A stretch of 64,000 bases of DNA from an uncultured Candidatus Saccharibacteria bacterium (GCA_964589445.1 CAZPQX010000001.1:28600-92599), one strand, 5' to 3'; shown: positions 18,044 to 28,950, counted from the stretch's first letter. The notes: generated by a model not told the origin, from the sequence alone. Made by a program: numbers and translations.

Positions 18044-21000
18044 TTATTTTTTACTTCCCCATTCGTATAACATTATAGAGAAGTCCACCGAGTTCACTTT
18101 ATTGTCTTTGTTGATGTCTACGCAAGGATTTTTGAATGGTTGTAAGGTCTGCCAAAATGAAAGTAGTATTGAAAAGTCTACAGAGTTTACTTTTCTGTCT
18201 GCGTTGAAGTCCGAACCATTACAAGCATTTGGGGAAATAGTTGGGATGATAGGGGTAGCCACAGAGCCACCACCACTTCCTCCCCCACCACCTCCACTTC
18301 CACCACCATTAGATCCCCCACTGCCAGCAACCGCACTAAATGATCGGGAAGCGCTTGAACTTTCTATACCATAATACACCTTCACTTTAAAGAAGTAGTC
18401 CCCTGTACTTGGCACGTCAGCACTCAAGGTGGTATCGAAGTCTTCTCCTGGGTTTATAAATTTAGCAGCTAGTGAGTAGAAGACGTCATCCCCGCCTCCA
18501 CAAGTATTATTTACATTAGAGACAACACACCACTCATATTGATACTCTGCACCATTTGAACCTTCGTTTGTTATGGTGACATCTGCGGCTACCACAGGGA
18601 CAGTGTTATCAGAGATACCCCTAATGATAACTTGTGGTGGGTTTGATGTGACCGTCCAGTAGTCATTGCCTGGCAAAGTTTTACCTGATTCAACTGTGGC
18701 TGAGAACACACTTTCCCATGTGCCAGCTGCAGCGTCGTTTGCTGTAGTGTATGAATACGTGTAAGTACCTACACCAGTCCTTGTCATTGCTACATTATTT
18801 ACTACTACATTACGACTTGGATCATAGATAGTGACAGTAGGTGTGCTGAGTGAGTCAGTAAGTGTGCCGTCGTAGATAGTGGTGACTGTAGCTAAGTAAT
18901 TAGACCCAGCTGAGATCGTGCCGAAATCAGAAGTTGTGACTGTCCATGGTGACTGAGAAGAAAGTGTGAGGGATGTGAGTGTACGTGTTGAAGCATTCCA
19001 AACATCAGTCACTAATGTACCAAATGATGTGAGTGTGCGGCTTCCAGAGCTCCAAACGCTAGCTGGGATGCCGGTAATGCTTGAAAGTAGCTGGGAGACT
19101 ATAGAAGATGATGCAGTGTTGATGACAGCTGCGATTGATGTAGAAGCACTTAGGACTTTTGAATCAGTATTGGCATTTACTGCAGATGTGATACCTGAAG
19201 TTTGTGCATTTGTATTAGCATTTATGTTTGCAGCAAGAGATGTGGATGCTGTTAGTACAGCAGAGTTTGTGTTGGAGTTAACTGCATTTTGAGAGTTTGT
19301 CACCGCCGCTCCGAGCGAAGTTGATGCGCTCAAGACTTGGGAGTTTGTGTTGCTGTTGATATTGGCCTGTGCCGAAGTGATAGCAGCAGCTATAGAGGTT
19401 GAAGCTGTGTTTGTGTTGGCGTTTACTGCAGATGTGATGCCTGAAGTTTCGCTGTCTGTATTTGCGTTAATCTCAGATACGATCGATGACGAAGCGGTTT
19501 GGAGGTTACCGAGTGTAGCGAGTGATCCAGAGTCGAGATTAGCATCGGTGAGGCGGCGGGTGGCATAGCTCCAAACATCAGCAGCAGTGATTGAACCACC
19601 GGAGGTAATGGTCCTCGTACCATATGACCAGACGTCAGCGACTAATGTACCGAAGGAATCAAGCGTTCTCCCTCCATAGCTCCAAACGTTTGCTGGGATG
19701 CTTGTGATACTTCCAAGTACTTGAGAGACGATCGATGACGATGCCGTGTTGATGAGAGCCCCAATAGAAGTGGAGGCGCTTAGGACTCTTGAGTCAGTAT
19801 TTGCGTTTACGATGTCCACGACTGAGGTTGAGGCGTTGTTAACTCTAGTATTGGTGTTGTTATTAATACTTGTCTCGCTATTTGAAACTGCTGCTGCAAT
19901 GGATGTTGAAGCAGTTAGGACAGCTGAGTTGGTGTTTGAATTCACGAGAGCCACAACCGAAGAAGATGCATTACTTATCCTTGTGTCTGTGTTTGCATTA
20001 ACTGCACTTGTGATACCTGATGTCTGAGCATTTGTATTTGCATTTATGTTTGCAGCAAGAGACGTTGAAGCGGTTAGGATGGCAGAGTTGGTATTTGAGT
20101 TAACCTGCGAAGTGATGGATGACGAAGCTGTCTGTAGGTTTCCAAGCGTCGCCAAGGAGCCAGAATCCAGGTTTGCGTCGGTGAGGCGGCGTGTGGCAGC
20201 AGACCAAACTCCAGTTGCGGTGTCAGAGACCAGAGTACCAAAGGATGTGAGGGTGCGGCTTCCAGAGCTCCAAACGTTAGCTGGGATACCGGTAATGCTT
20301 GAAAGTAGCTGGGAAACTATAGACGAGGAGGCTGTATTCATAAAGGCTGCAAGAGAAGTTGATGCAGTCAAAACTCTTGAATCAGTGTTAGCGTTCACAG
20401 CAACTTGAGAGTTTGTCACCGCCGCTCCGAGAGAAGTTGATGCGCTCAAGACCTGAGAGTTGGTGTTGGAATTTATATTTGTTTGAGACGCGGTGATCGC
20501 GGCGGCGATACTAGATGAAGCGCTGTTTGTGTTTGCATTTACAGCACTTGTGACACCGGAAGTCTGAGTGTTTGTGTTTGCGTTGATATTTGCAGCGACA
20601 GATGTAGAAGCGGCTAATATAGCAGCGTCAGTGTTTGAGTTGACAGCAGAGGTGATGCCGGATGTTTGAGTGTTTGTATTGCTATTGATTTGCGAAGTGA
20701 TGGATGATGACGCTGTTTGAAGATTTGAGAGAGTTGCGAGAGAGCCCGAGTCGAGGGTAGCATCGCTGAGGCGGCGAGTGGCATAGCTCCAGACATCGGC
20801 CGCAGTCAATGAGCCTCCAGAAGTTATAGTCCTAGTACCATAAGACCATATGTCTGCGACTAGTGTACCGAAGGAATCAAGAGTTCTGCCTCCATAGCTC
20901 CAAACGTTTGCTGGGATAGAGGTGATACTTCCGAGTACTTGAGAGACGATGGAAGATGATGCTGTGTTAATAAGAGCTCCAAGAGAAGTTGAGGCAGTCA

Positions 21001-22771
21001 AAACTCTCGAATCAGTGTTTGAATTCACGAGAGCTACGACTGAAGATGAGGCATTATTAATTCGAGTGTCGGTATTGGAATTAACTGCAGAAGTAATAGA
21101 TGACGTCTGGGTATTCGTGTTTGCATTGATATTTGCAGCGAGAGATGTCGAAGCTGTTAGGATGGCAGCATTGGTATTTGAGTTAACTGTATTTTGTGAG
21201 TTTGTGACTGCCGCTCCAAGCGAAGTTGATGCACTCAAGACCTGAGAGTTGGTGTTGGAATTTATGTTTGCTTGAGAAGCAGTGATAGCCGCTGCAATAG
21301 AGGTTGAGGCATTGTTTGTGTTTGCGTTCACAGCCGATGTGATACCCGAGGTTTTGGAATCTGTATTTGAATTAATCTCAGATACAATTGAAGATGAAGC
21401 TGTTTGAATATTTGAAAGGGTCGCAAGTGAGCCTGTATCGAGGTTTGCATCTGTCAAACGGCGTGTTGCTGCACCCCATACACCAGTTGCAGTATCCGAT
21501 ACGAGTGTACCAAATGATGTGAGTGTACGACTTCCAGAGCTCCAGACGCTAGCTGGTATGCCGGTGATGCTTGAGAGGAGTTGGGATACGATAGATGACG
21601 AAGCGGTGTTGATGAGGGCTCCAAGAGAAGTCGATGCAGTCAAAACTCTTGAGTCAGTATTAGCATTCACAGCAACCTGTGAGTTTGTGACAGCAGCTCC
21701 AAGAGAGGTTGAGGCGCTCAAGACTTGGGAGTTTGTATTTGAGTTTATGTTTGTTTGAGAAGCAGTGATAGCGGCCGCGATACTAGAGGAAGCACTGTTT
21801 GTGTTTGCATTTACAGCACTTGTGACACCGGAAGTCTGAGTGTTTGTGTTTGCGTTGATATTTGCAGCGACAGATGTAGAAGCGGCTAATATAGCAGCGT
21901 CAGTGTTTGAGTTGACAGCAGAGGTGATGCCGGATGTTTGAGTGTTTGTATTGCTATTGATTTGCGAAGTGATGGATGATGACGCTGTTTGAAGATTTGA
22001 GAGAGTTGCGAGAGAGCCCGAGTCGAGATTTGCGTCGGTGAGGCGGCGGGTGGCGGCAGACCATACACCAGTTGCTGTATCGGATACCAATGTACCAAAT
22101 GATGTGAGACTTCGGCTTCCATAACTCCATATATCAGCCACTAAAGTACCGAAAGATGTAAGTGTCCTACCAGAAAAACCCCAAATTGTTGCTGGGAGGG
22201 TTGAAAATAAAGAAGATGAGGCAGTTTGAATTTGCAAATCAGTGTTGGCATTCACGGCACTTGTGATGCCTGAAGTTTCGCTGTCTGTATTGCTATTTAC
22301 CTGTGAGACTACAGATGATGATGCAACCTGAATCAATGAACCGAGTGAAGAAGAAGCGGTTTGCACATCTGAAAGTGAGGCCACTTGGCTTTCAAGAATA
22401 AAACTCTTGTTTTGTTTTATAAGATCAACCCCCGGAGTACCACAAGCTATTTCAGCTGGCCAAGTACCAAGGGTTGAAGAACCAGCAAAGTTGTAATAAT
22501 GCCATCCATTGGACTCCTCGCTCATCGTTACAGCATTAGCAAACTGTATGTTGTTAGGGCTCCATATGCTTATAGTACAGTCAGTAGTTGATGGTGTGTA
22601 ATCGTCGTTGTAAAGAAATTCCCCTATCTGAAATGCTGTGTCTTTAGGATACCTCGCTATAGCCAGAGCCAAAAGTGGAGTAAACAAAAAAATATTTACA
22701 AACAATATACTTAATATTGTCTTTTGAACTAAAAATTTTTTTATTTTTTCTTTATTCACAAAATTAATCAC
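18044..22771 (-). CDS. giant (1575 aa) Ser/Thr/Asn-rich tandem-repeat surface protein with C-terminal dockerin-like domain
   Basis: N-terminal signal/anchor; repeated blocks 'VWSYGSRTLTSFGTLV...RRLTDANLDSGSLATLSNLQTASSSI' and 'NANTNTQTSGITSAVN' occur at least 4 times. The C-terminus 'DFNADRKVNSVDFSILL...DINKDNKVNSVDFSIML' is a duplicated Ca-binding dockerin-type motif, preceded by a Gly-rich linker. Confidence 0.7.
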   Translation of the reverse strand: MINFVNKEKIKKFLVQKTILSILFVNIFLFTPLLALAIARYPKDTAFQIGEFLYNDDYTPSTTDCTISIWSPNNIQFANAVTMSEESNGWHYYNFAGSSTLGTWPAEIACGTPGVDLIKQNKSFILESQVASLSDVQTASSSLGSLIQVASSSVVSQVNSNTDSETSGITSAVNANTDLQIQTASSSLFSTLPATIWGFSGRTLTSFGTLVADIWSYGSRSLTSFGTLVSDTATGVWSAATRRLTDANLDSGSLATLSNLQTASSSITSQINSNTNTQTSGITSAVNSNTDAAILAASTSVAANINANTNTQTSGVTSAVNANTNSASSSIAAAITASQTNINSNTNSQVLSASTSLGAAVTNSQVAVNANTDSRVLTASTSLGALINTASSSIVSQLLSSITGIPASVWSSGSRTLTSFGTLVSDTATGVWGAATRRLTDANLDTGSLATLSNIQTASSSIVSEINSNTDSKTSGITSAVNANTNNASTSIAAAITASQANINSNTNSQVLSASTSLGAAVTNSQNTVNSNTNAAILTASTSLAANINANTNTQTSSITSAVNSNTDTRINNASSSVVALVNSNTDSRVLTASTSLGALINTASSSIVSQVLGSITSIPANVWSYGGRTLDSFGTLVADIWSYGTRTITSGGSLTAADVWSYATRRLSDATLDSGSLATLSNLQTASSSITSQINSNTNTQTSGITSAVNSNTDAAILAASTSVAANINANTNTQTSGVTSAVNANTNSASSSIAAAITASQTNINSNTNSQVLSASTSLGAAVTNSQVAVNANTDSRVLTASTSLAAFMNTASSSIVSQLLSSITGIPANVWSSGSRTLTSFGTLVSDTATGVWSAATRRLTDANLDSGSLATLGNLQTASSSITSQVNSNTNSAILTASTSLAANINANTNAQTSGITSAVNANTDTRISNASSSVVALVNSNTNSAVLTASTSIAAAVSNSETSINNNTNTRVNNASTSVVDIVNANTDSRVLSASTSIGALINTASSSIVSQVLGSITSIPANVWSYGGRTLDSFGTLVADVWSYGTRTITSGGSITAADVWSYATRRLTDANLDSGSLATLGNLQTASSSIVSEINANTDSETSGITSAVNANTNTASTSIAAAITSAQANINSNTNSQVLSASTSLGAAVTNSQNAVNSNTNSAVLTASTSLAANINANTNAQTSGITSAVNANTDSKVLSASTSIAAVINTASSSIVSQLLSSITGIPASVWSSGSRTLTSFGTLVTDVWNASTRTLTSLTLSSQSPWTVTTSDFGTISAGSNYLATVTTIYDGTLTDSLSTPTVTIYDPSRNVVVNNVAMTRTGVGTYTYSYTTANDAAAGTWESVFSATVESGKTLPGNDYWTVTSNPPQVIIRGISDNTVPVVAADVTITNEGSNGAEYQYEWCVVSNVNNTCGGGDDVFYSLAAKFINPGEDFDTTLSADVPSTGDYFFKVKVYYGIESSSASRSFSAVAGSGGSNGGGSGGGGGGSGGGSVATPIIPTISPNACNGSDFNADRKVNSVDFSILLSFWQTLQPFKNPCVDINKDNKVNSVDFSIMLYEWGSKK
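18950..22200. repeat. near-identical DNA tandem repeats (~1.27 kb period) inside the giant gene
   Basis: Antisense ORFs 20614-20796 and 21886-22122 encode identical C-terminal peptides ('...HPASPLLSTQTLTLLY'), offset by 1272 bp; long identical DNA blocks are visible by eye. Confidence 0.8.
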
Positions 22772-22776
22772 TCATT

Positions 22777-22944
22777 ACAAAAATGTTACTTCCACCGACT
22801 ACTGCAGGGATTTCTGAACAAAGTAATACTCCATTTGATTGTAATAATGCATCGTTAGGTACATAACCAGAATTTCCAGCAGGAATTTCTAGTACAAAAT
22901 CTTGTCTATCACCAGATTGTGCCAAAATATCGTTAATTGCCATA
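22777..22944 (-). CDS. small hypothetical protein (~55 aa)
   Basis: ORF 'MAINDILAQSGDRQDFVLEIPAGNSGYVPNDALLQSNGVLLCSEIPAVVGGSNIFVMSD', tightly packed between neighbouring minus-strand genes. Confidence 0.3.
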
Positions 22945-22947
22945 AAT

Positions 22948-23634
22948 TTACAGACCTAATTTATTTGAAATTTTCTTTTTAACTAATTTTTTTGCAAAAG
23001 CTACAACTTCAGCTGTTGTTGTAGCTGCGGATTCATCTAGTATCTCTGGCTTTTCAGTAATTACATCATCTATATTTGTGGTATCTGATGATGTAGCATT
23101 GTTGTTTTTATTTTCTTCAGGAGTAGAAATGTTTGGGAAAATTGCTTCTGGTGTTGTAGTAGGAACCTCAAGAGAAGGGTTTGACTCTTCAATTGTTGTT
23201 GGTGTGGTTGTAGATATGTTTGATGGTGGAGCAATAATTGGTGGAGTAGTTGTAGCTGATTCGGCCACTTCCGAAGTTTCAGTATTTTCAGTAACCTCAG
23301 TTTCTTCTACTTGTTCTGTGGAAGGAGTGTCACCTGATTCTTGTGGTACGATATCCTCAACCACCTTATCGACAGCAACCTGTTTGCTGTCTTTTCCAAA
23401 AAGACTATCAGGGTCTAACTTCATGACTTCAGCAAGTAATTCATCTGGATTAGAAATAGAATACACCATACCTCCATATGCAATAAACTTTGCTTCATAT
23501 CTGACCAGTGGTTCATTCGGCATCGCAGCAGATGCGCAAATAATAGAATCTCCATCGTTGTAATAACCAGTTTGATCATAAACGACCATCGATGGGTTGT
23601 CTGTAAGCTTTTGTCCTTTTGTTAAATAGATCAT
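22948..23634 (-). CDS. hypothetical protein: ~90-aa N-terminal domain plus Pro/Thr/Glu-rich low-complexity linker
   Basis: 228 aa; 'TTTPPIIAPPSNISTTTPTTIEE' linker; in operon with surface genes. Confidence 0.5.
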   Translation of the reverse strand: MIYLTKGQKLTDNPSMVVYDQTGYYNDGDSIICASAAMPNEPLVRYEAKFIAYGGMVYSISNPDELLAEVMKLDPDSLFGKDSKQVAVDKVVEDIVPQESGDTPSTEQVEETEVTENTETSEVAESATTTPPIIAPPSNISTTTPTTIEESNPSLEVPTTTPEAIFPNISTPEENKNNNATSSDTTNIDDVITEKPEILDESAATTTAEVVAFAKKLVKKKISNKLGL

Positions 23635-23679
23635 ACTCTTTTGTTTAAAATTATATCATGAATTATTATTTACATAATA

Positions 23680-26517
23680 TTACTGTGTTAACACTGCTCT
23701 TACCTTAATATTATCTCCGAGTGAAGCTGGGGTATAACGAATATAAGTTGTTTCGTTTCCTTTATCTGTCGTATTATAACTTCCCCAAGCTCCCCCAGTG
23801 TTTGTTGATTTTTGCCAAGTACCACTATTGGTAGAAGTGGTGTAATCATCTACAAGCAAATCACCATTTACTGCATTGTATAATCTCACACGTAAAGTTG
23901 GCACCGTTCCCCCAAAAGCGGTAGCGAAGCGCCAGACAAATTGTTTATTTACCGGACTCGATAATCCAACAGATGGTTGGTAGTGTGAGTCGGTAGTGAC
24001 AGCTGTGTCGTCATACACCAGAGTAATACTCATGATACGAGCAGGTATACAAAACGTACCAATTGTCGCAAACTCAAACATAAACTGAATTCTTGGTGCA
24101 CCAGAAATACCGGTTAGATCGCCCCCATAATTGATAAGAGTCCATTCACCCGTATTATCATCAATACCACTTATTCTAAAATATATATAGAAAGGCTCTG
24201 TGTTGAGCGAAAACTCACCACTACCAAGGGCGTCATCATGAGAAATAAACACACTTCTAAACTGAGTACAGTTTGGGGTATATAGAGCTGGAGTAATAAC
24301 TCTTTGATTTGAGGAAGATGCATACGTAGAGTGAGCAGAGAGAGGGAGTGAATAGAGTTGGGAAAGAGCTGTTGTTGTACCATGCTTTACGATATGTGCG
24401 ATACCATTTTCGCTCCAGATAGAAGTGACTTGAGAGGCAGTGTTGAAATGAGGGATGGTATAGCTGTTCCAATCAATGACATATGCAGAGCCGGCACCAA
24501 TAGTTCCAGCATTTGATGAAAGTGTGATAGCGGTGGCAGAAGTGAAAGCAGAAATTGTGTACCAAGTAGAAATGGCAGTTGGATCAGTAGAACCAAAACC
24601 GATACGATATCCAACCATAGCTGCGACAAAAAATGTGTTGGTGCCAGTGACCGCGGTACCAGACACAGCCACTGTTCCCGAAGAAATATAAGCATTTCCC
24701 AAAGATGATGCTTGATCTTGCTGTTTATCATCAACCCCCCAAATGTGATCAAAAGCATCTCCAGCAGATGTAGGATATTTTGTAACATAGTGTCTTACAC
24801 CAGTAGCACCAGTAGTAGTAACAATCAATCTATCCATAGCATCTGCAATCTCGACACTGCTCAATAACGAAGTTGCGGGAAATGTACTCGCTGATCCTGG
24901 AGGAATTTCTGGTCGGTTATCAGAGATCCATCCCAGATTCCCAGCAAATATCTTATCAAGCCACGCGCGATAAATACGAGTAGTGGTGACAAAATACAGA
25001 GAGTGCTCCCCTGATCCTGGGCCGTGATTCAAAGTGCCACATCGCCCATTATTTACCCCTGACAAAGTACCTGTGACAAGTTGAGGAGCTGTTGAGACGA
25101 CGTCTGCTGAATCGATAATATAAACAGCACCCGGAGCAATAGTTCCAGCGGATGATGAAAGTGTGATAGCGGTGGCAGAAGTGAAAGCAGAAATTGTGTA
25201 CCAGGTAGTGACCGTGGCAGGACTCGTAGTATTAAAACCAATTTTCATCCCCACCATACTCGAGGTGAATGTTGTGCCAGTGCCAGTCACAGCAGTGCCA
25301 GCCACTTCGACAGTTCCTGTAGTGTAGTAGGCAATGGACATGGTCATCTTGCCAGAGGCGATAGCGCCAGTTGCTCGCAGATTGTAGCGATAGACACGGG
25401 CAAAAGTCGAACCAAATCCATCAAGCACATATGCATAATGAAGGCCCTTGGTCACCTCATCGGCAATGGTCAATCCACATGCTGCTTGGTTGGTGACGAC
25501 GTTGCCAGGAGTACCAGCGTCAGAGAGCCAGTATGTGGCTTTGATATTATCAGTAGTAGTTGCGACGGGAATAGTCGTACCAGTTGGTAAAAAATCAGCG
25601 TAGTTAACTCCTTTCACAAGATGTAGTCCACCATTCGCGACTGTGGCATTGGTAGAAGTGATGGCAAATCGTAATTCCTCGATCACATATGCCGTGCCAG
25701 CAGCAAGAGTGCCTGCACTACTTGCAAGTGTAATACCCGTCTCACTACCAATTGCAGATATGACATACCAGCTCACGATAGCGGTTGGGTCAGTGGAGCC
25801 AAAACCAATACGTGCTCCGACAGCAATGCCTTCATCAAGCCATTTTGTGCCATTGCCAGTCACTGCAGTAGCAGAAACCTCGACAGTGCCAGTCGTATGT
25901 AAATACCTCAGAGACCTAAACCCACGCAAAGTGTGAGCGGCGGCTGAAGTAAGGAGAGTTGCCACAATAAATCCCTTCCATGTATACACGGAAGTGGTTT
26001 TATTGTATTCATAGAGACAAATTTTTCTTGGAGCAACAGAAGTGGCTAAGTTTTCAATCATAAATACCCAGTCAACAGTCGAGCTGTAGGTAATCGCGTG
26101 AGGATACATCATTGGGGTGTTATAAACGACAACATATGGTGTACCGGCAGCGATGGTTCCAGCGGATGAGCCCAAGGTGATACCAGTAGTCGAGGCTCTG
26201 GCACTAATCGCATACCAAGCTGTCACTTTGGCTGGATCAGTCGAACCAAAACCTATCGACATACCAATCATTGAGGTTTGGAAATTTGTAAGGTTTCCAG
26301 TAACCGCTGTGCCAGAGACAGTAACGGTCCCTACATTATCAACCACTTCCTGCATTGGTAGAGCTGTAGCGACAGGCAGAGGTCCGACATATTTATCGGT
26401 CACTGCGGTACCAGTTTTTTGTACGATAAGTGTTCCCAAATTTGTCTTAGTTGCATCATACGAGCTAATTGGTGTCGTACTTCCCGTGAATTTATGTTTT
26501 ACAGCGCGGTATGGCAT
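23680..26517 (-). CDS. large paralogous repeat protein A (945 aa), unknown family
   Basis: Internal ~60-aa repeats 'GTV.VSGTAVTG.GT.F...MVGM.IGFGSTDPT.I..WY.IS...S.T.ITL.SSAGTI.AG..YVI'; conserved C-terminal module 'DDKQQDQ...NEITYIRYTP...KVR.LLTQ' shared with B and C; no signal peptide. Confidence 0.7.
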   Translation of the reverse strand: MPYRAVKHKFTGSTTPISSYDATKTNLGTLIVQKTGTAVTDKYVGPLPVATALPMQEVVDNVGTVTVSGTAVTGNLTNFQTSMIGMSIGFGSTDPAKVTAWYAISARASTTGITLGSSAGTIAAGTPYVVVYNTPMMYPHAITYSSTVDWVFMIENLATSVAPRKICLYEYNKTTSVYTWKGFIVATLLTSAAAHTLRGFRSLRYLHTTGTVEVSATAVTGNGTKWLDEGIAVGARIGFGSTDPTAIVSWYVISAIGSETGITLASSAGTLAAGTAYVIEELRFAITSTNATVANGGLHLVKGVNYADFLPTGTTIPVATTTDNIKATYWLSDAGTPGNVVTNQAACGLTIADEVTKGLHYAYVLDGFGSTFARVYRYNLRATGAIASGKMTMSIAYYTTGTVEVAGTAVTGTGTTFTSSMVGMKIGFNTTSPATVTTWYTISAFTSATAITLSSSAGTIAPGAVYIIDSADVVSTAPQLVTGTLSGVNNGRCGTLNHGPGSGEHSLYFVTTTRIYRAWLDKIFAGNLGWISDNRPEIPPGSASTFPATSLLSSVEIADAMDRLIVTTTGATGVRHYVTKYPTSAGDAFDHIWGVDDKQQDQASSLGNAYISSGTVAVSGTAVTGTNTFFVAAMVGYRIGFGSTDPTAISTWYTISAFTSATAITLSSNAGTIGAGSAYVIDWNSYTIPHFNTASQVTSIWSENGIAHIVKHGTTTALSQLYSLPLSAHSTYASSSNQRVITPALYTPNCTQFRSVFISHDDALGSGEFSLNTEPFYIYFRISGIDDNTGEWTLINYGGDLTGISGAPRIQFMFEFATIGTFCIPARIMSITLVYDDTAVTTDSHYQPSVGLSSPVNKQFVWRFATAFGGTVPTLRVRLYNAVNGDLLVDDYTTSTNSGTWQKSTNTGGAWGSYNTTDKGNETTYIRYTPASLGDNIKVRAVLTQ

Positions 26518-26520
26518 GGA

Positions 26521-28947
26521 TTAATTTTGAGTTAAGAGTGCCCTGACACTAATATTACCGAGTGGCGATGTGGGGATATAGCGAATATAGGTGATTTCGT
26601 TTGTTTTGTCAGTATCGTTATACCCTACCCAATTATTTCCCCCATCGATTGATTTTGTCCAAGCACCATTTGTTGGACTGACCGTGGTATCAGTAAAAAT
26701 AGACACATTGGTAGCGGCGTTAAATAATTCGACTTTAAGTGTCGGCACTACCCCACCGAAAGGCTGAGTAAATCTCCAAACAAAGTGCTCACTTGCAATA
26801 CTCGATAACCCAGTAGAGAGTTGGTAATGTGAATCAGTTGACCCATCTTCGTATGTGACGACCACTTTCATGATGCGTGACGGCAAGCAGATTGCACCTA
26901 TCGTAAAAAACTCAAACATAAATTGAATCGCACTTGCTGCAGTCACTCCAGATAAATCACCAGCGTCATCGACTAGTACCCATGAACTCGTAGCGTCATC
27001 TCCAATATTGGCCGTGCGATAATATACCCTAAATGTCTCAGGGGGCAATATCAAAGGGTTGGCTCCAATATAATGGTTATCGCAAATCAGCACTTGATCA
27101 AATTTTACACAACCAGTTGTATCAATTGATGGAGTGATAATTCTCTGACTCGCAGATGAGGCGTATGTCAAGTGAGCCCCAAACGGCAATGAGTACATCT
27201 GATTTAATAGAGCAGTTGCACCCATCCTCACAATATGGACGACACCGTTACTTGCAGCACATGATAATAGTTGGGCCCCGGTGTTAAAGTGGATTGGTGC
27301 TCTCGGATCGGCGATTGATTGATCTTGTTGCTTATCATCGATACCAAAGATGTGATCAAATGGGGTTGTATCTGTCGAAGGATATCTGGTGACATAATTA
27401 CGAAGCGAGGTGCTAGCAGTAAAGTTGGTAATAACAAAACGATCAATGGAGCTAATATAGGTCATGTTGGTCATGGTGGCAGTGGCTGGGAAAGTAGCGA
27501 CGCCACCAGGGGGGATCTCTTGTCGAGCATTAGCCGCTGTCGCAAAAGGTGTGGCGGCAGCAGTGATAGCGCTAACCGCCGCACAATAGAGACGGGTGGT
27601 AGTAACAAAATACAAAGAAGAAGAGCCTGAAAGTGGGCCATGAGCAGTAGTAGCGATTTCCAAATTTTGCGCTGACTGGTTAGGAATCGTACCAGTCAAA
27701 GCTTGTGTACCAGTAATAACGATATTAGCACCAGCAAGTTGCATTTTACCAGAAGCAGTAGTGTTGTTGGAGCACAAATTATATTTGTATATTATTGCGT
27801 TTGATGTGTTTGTACCATTCAAGACATAGGCAAAATGAGTTTGTTTGTTTGTTTCTGCCTCCACAGCAAGACCGTTCGCTGCAGTGTTTGTAACTGCGCC
27901 GGCTCCCGCATCACAGAGCCAATAGACTCCCCTCTGGTCATTCACCGAAGTCGCGATAGAAGGAAATGTGGAGCCTGCAGTCGTGAAGTCGTGGTAGCCA
28001 GCACCTTTGAGTAGGAAGAGGCCGCCGTTTGCGGCGGTGCTGTTTGTGAGGGCAATAGCAAATCTCAACTCCTCGATGACGTAAGAAGTACCTGCAGGGA
28101 TAACACCAGGTGAGGTGGTAAGTCCGATAGAAGTATTGCTATTGATTTGTCCGATATGATACCACTGCGTGATCTGCGTTGGGTCAGTGGAGCCAAAACC
28201 GATGCGGGGACCGAGGCCTCCGGCGACAGCAGTGGCGCCGGTGCCGGCGGCAATACCATCCGTTTGAAATAGTGTATTTGTCCCAGTAACAATACAATCC
28301 GCAATCACAAAAGCAGTACCAGCAGCATAGGCGCTGGAGGCTCCTAAGATGTTCATAGTGGAAGTGGTGGCAAAAGAAATGATTGGATACCAACAATTAA
28401 TTTGAGCTGGGTTAGTACTTCCAAAACCAATCATTTTACCGACATATGTTGCGAGGAATCCTGTTGCAGAGTGAGTGACGAGACCTGCAGTTGACACAGT
28501 CACGGTACCAGTTGAGTACACTGATGATGGAGCAGCTACAGCTACAGTGCCCGTAGTGTGGAGGTAGCGGAGTGCACGGAAGCCACGGTTTACGTTGGTA
28601 CCGTTTGGTGTGGTTGCTGTTATGAATCCTTTCCAGTTGTAGGTAGCGAGACTCTTGTTGTATTCATATAAAAAGATACGTTTCGTGGCACCAGTGCCGT
28701 TTTCAAGAAGAAACACCCAATCAATAGTGGAGCTATATGTGATGGCATGAGGAAATACCATGGCCACACCAGTGGATTCTTCCATAGGTCTCGCTACCGC
28801 TACTGGCAATGGCCCCACAAAATTATCTTCCGGATTGGTACCACTTTTTTGGATCATCAATGTTCCCAAGTTTGTCTTGGTTGAATCGTATGAAGCTATT
28901 GGTGTCGTTGCTCCGTTGAAGATGTGTTCGACTGCGCGTAGTGACAT
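26521..28947 (-). CDS. large paralogous repeat protein B (808 aa)
   Basis: First 348 aa identical to protein C; C-terminal module shared with A and C. Confidence 0.7.
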   Translation of the reverse strand: MSLRAVEHIFNGATTPIASYDSTKTNLGTLMIQKSGTNPEDNFVGPLPVAVARPMEESTGVAMVFPHAITYSSTIDWVFLLENGTGATKRIFLYEYNKSLATYNWKGFITATTPNGTNVNRGFRALRYLHTTGTVAVAAPSSVYSTGTVTVSTAGLVTHSATGFLATYVGKMIGFGSTNPAQINCWYPIISFATTSTMNILGASSAYAAGTAFVIADCIVTGTNTLFQTDGIAAGTGATAVAGGLGPRIGFGSTDPTQITQWYHIGQINSNTSIGLTTSPGVIPAGTSYVIEELRFAIALTNSTAANGGLFLLKGAGYHDFTTAGSTFPSIATSVNDQRGVYWLCDAGAGAVTNTAANGLAVEAETNKQTHFAYVLNGTNTSNAIIYKYNLCSNNTTASGKMQLAGANIVITGTQALTGTIPNQSAQNLEIATTAHGPLSGSSSLYFVTTTRLYCAAVSAITAAATPFATAANARQEIPPGGVATFPATATMTNMTYISSIDRFVITNFTASTSLRNYVTRYPSTDTTPFDHIFGIDDKQQDQSIADPRAPIHFNTGAQLLSCAASNGVVHIVRMGATALLNQMYSLPFGAHLTYASSASQRIITPSIDTTGCVKFDQVLICDNHYIGANPLILPPETFRVYYRTANIGDDATSSWVLVDDAGDLSGVTAASAIQFMFEFFTIGAICLPSRIMKVVVTYEDGSTDSHYQLSTGLSSIASEHFVWRFTQPFGGVVPTLKVELFNAATNVSIFTDTTVSPTNGAWTKSIDGGNNWVGYNDTDKTNEITYIRYIPTSPLGNISVRALLTQN
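27905..28947. repeat. ~1.04 kb segment identical to 30557-31599 (5' parts of paralogs B and C)
   Basis: Identical antisense ORFs 28065-28304 = 30717-30956 and 28184-28396 = 30836-31048 (offset 2652 bp); the two proteins are identical through '...GVYWLCDAG'. Confidence 0.85.
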
Positions 28948-28950
28948 AAA

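Noticed and set aside
18102-22122. Multiple 60-120 aa ORFs on both strands inside 18044-22771 (e.g. 18966-19292, 19746-20027, 20046-20408, 20949-21245, 21519-21758, 20614-20796, 21886-22122)
   Set aside because: Alternative frames of the highly repetitive Ser/Thr/Ala-rich giant gene; they repeat because the DNA repeats. They are useful only as evidence of the 1272-bp DNA periodicity.
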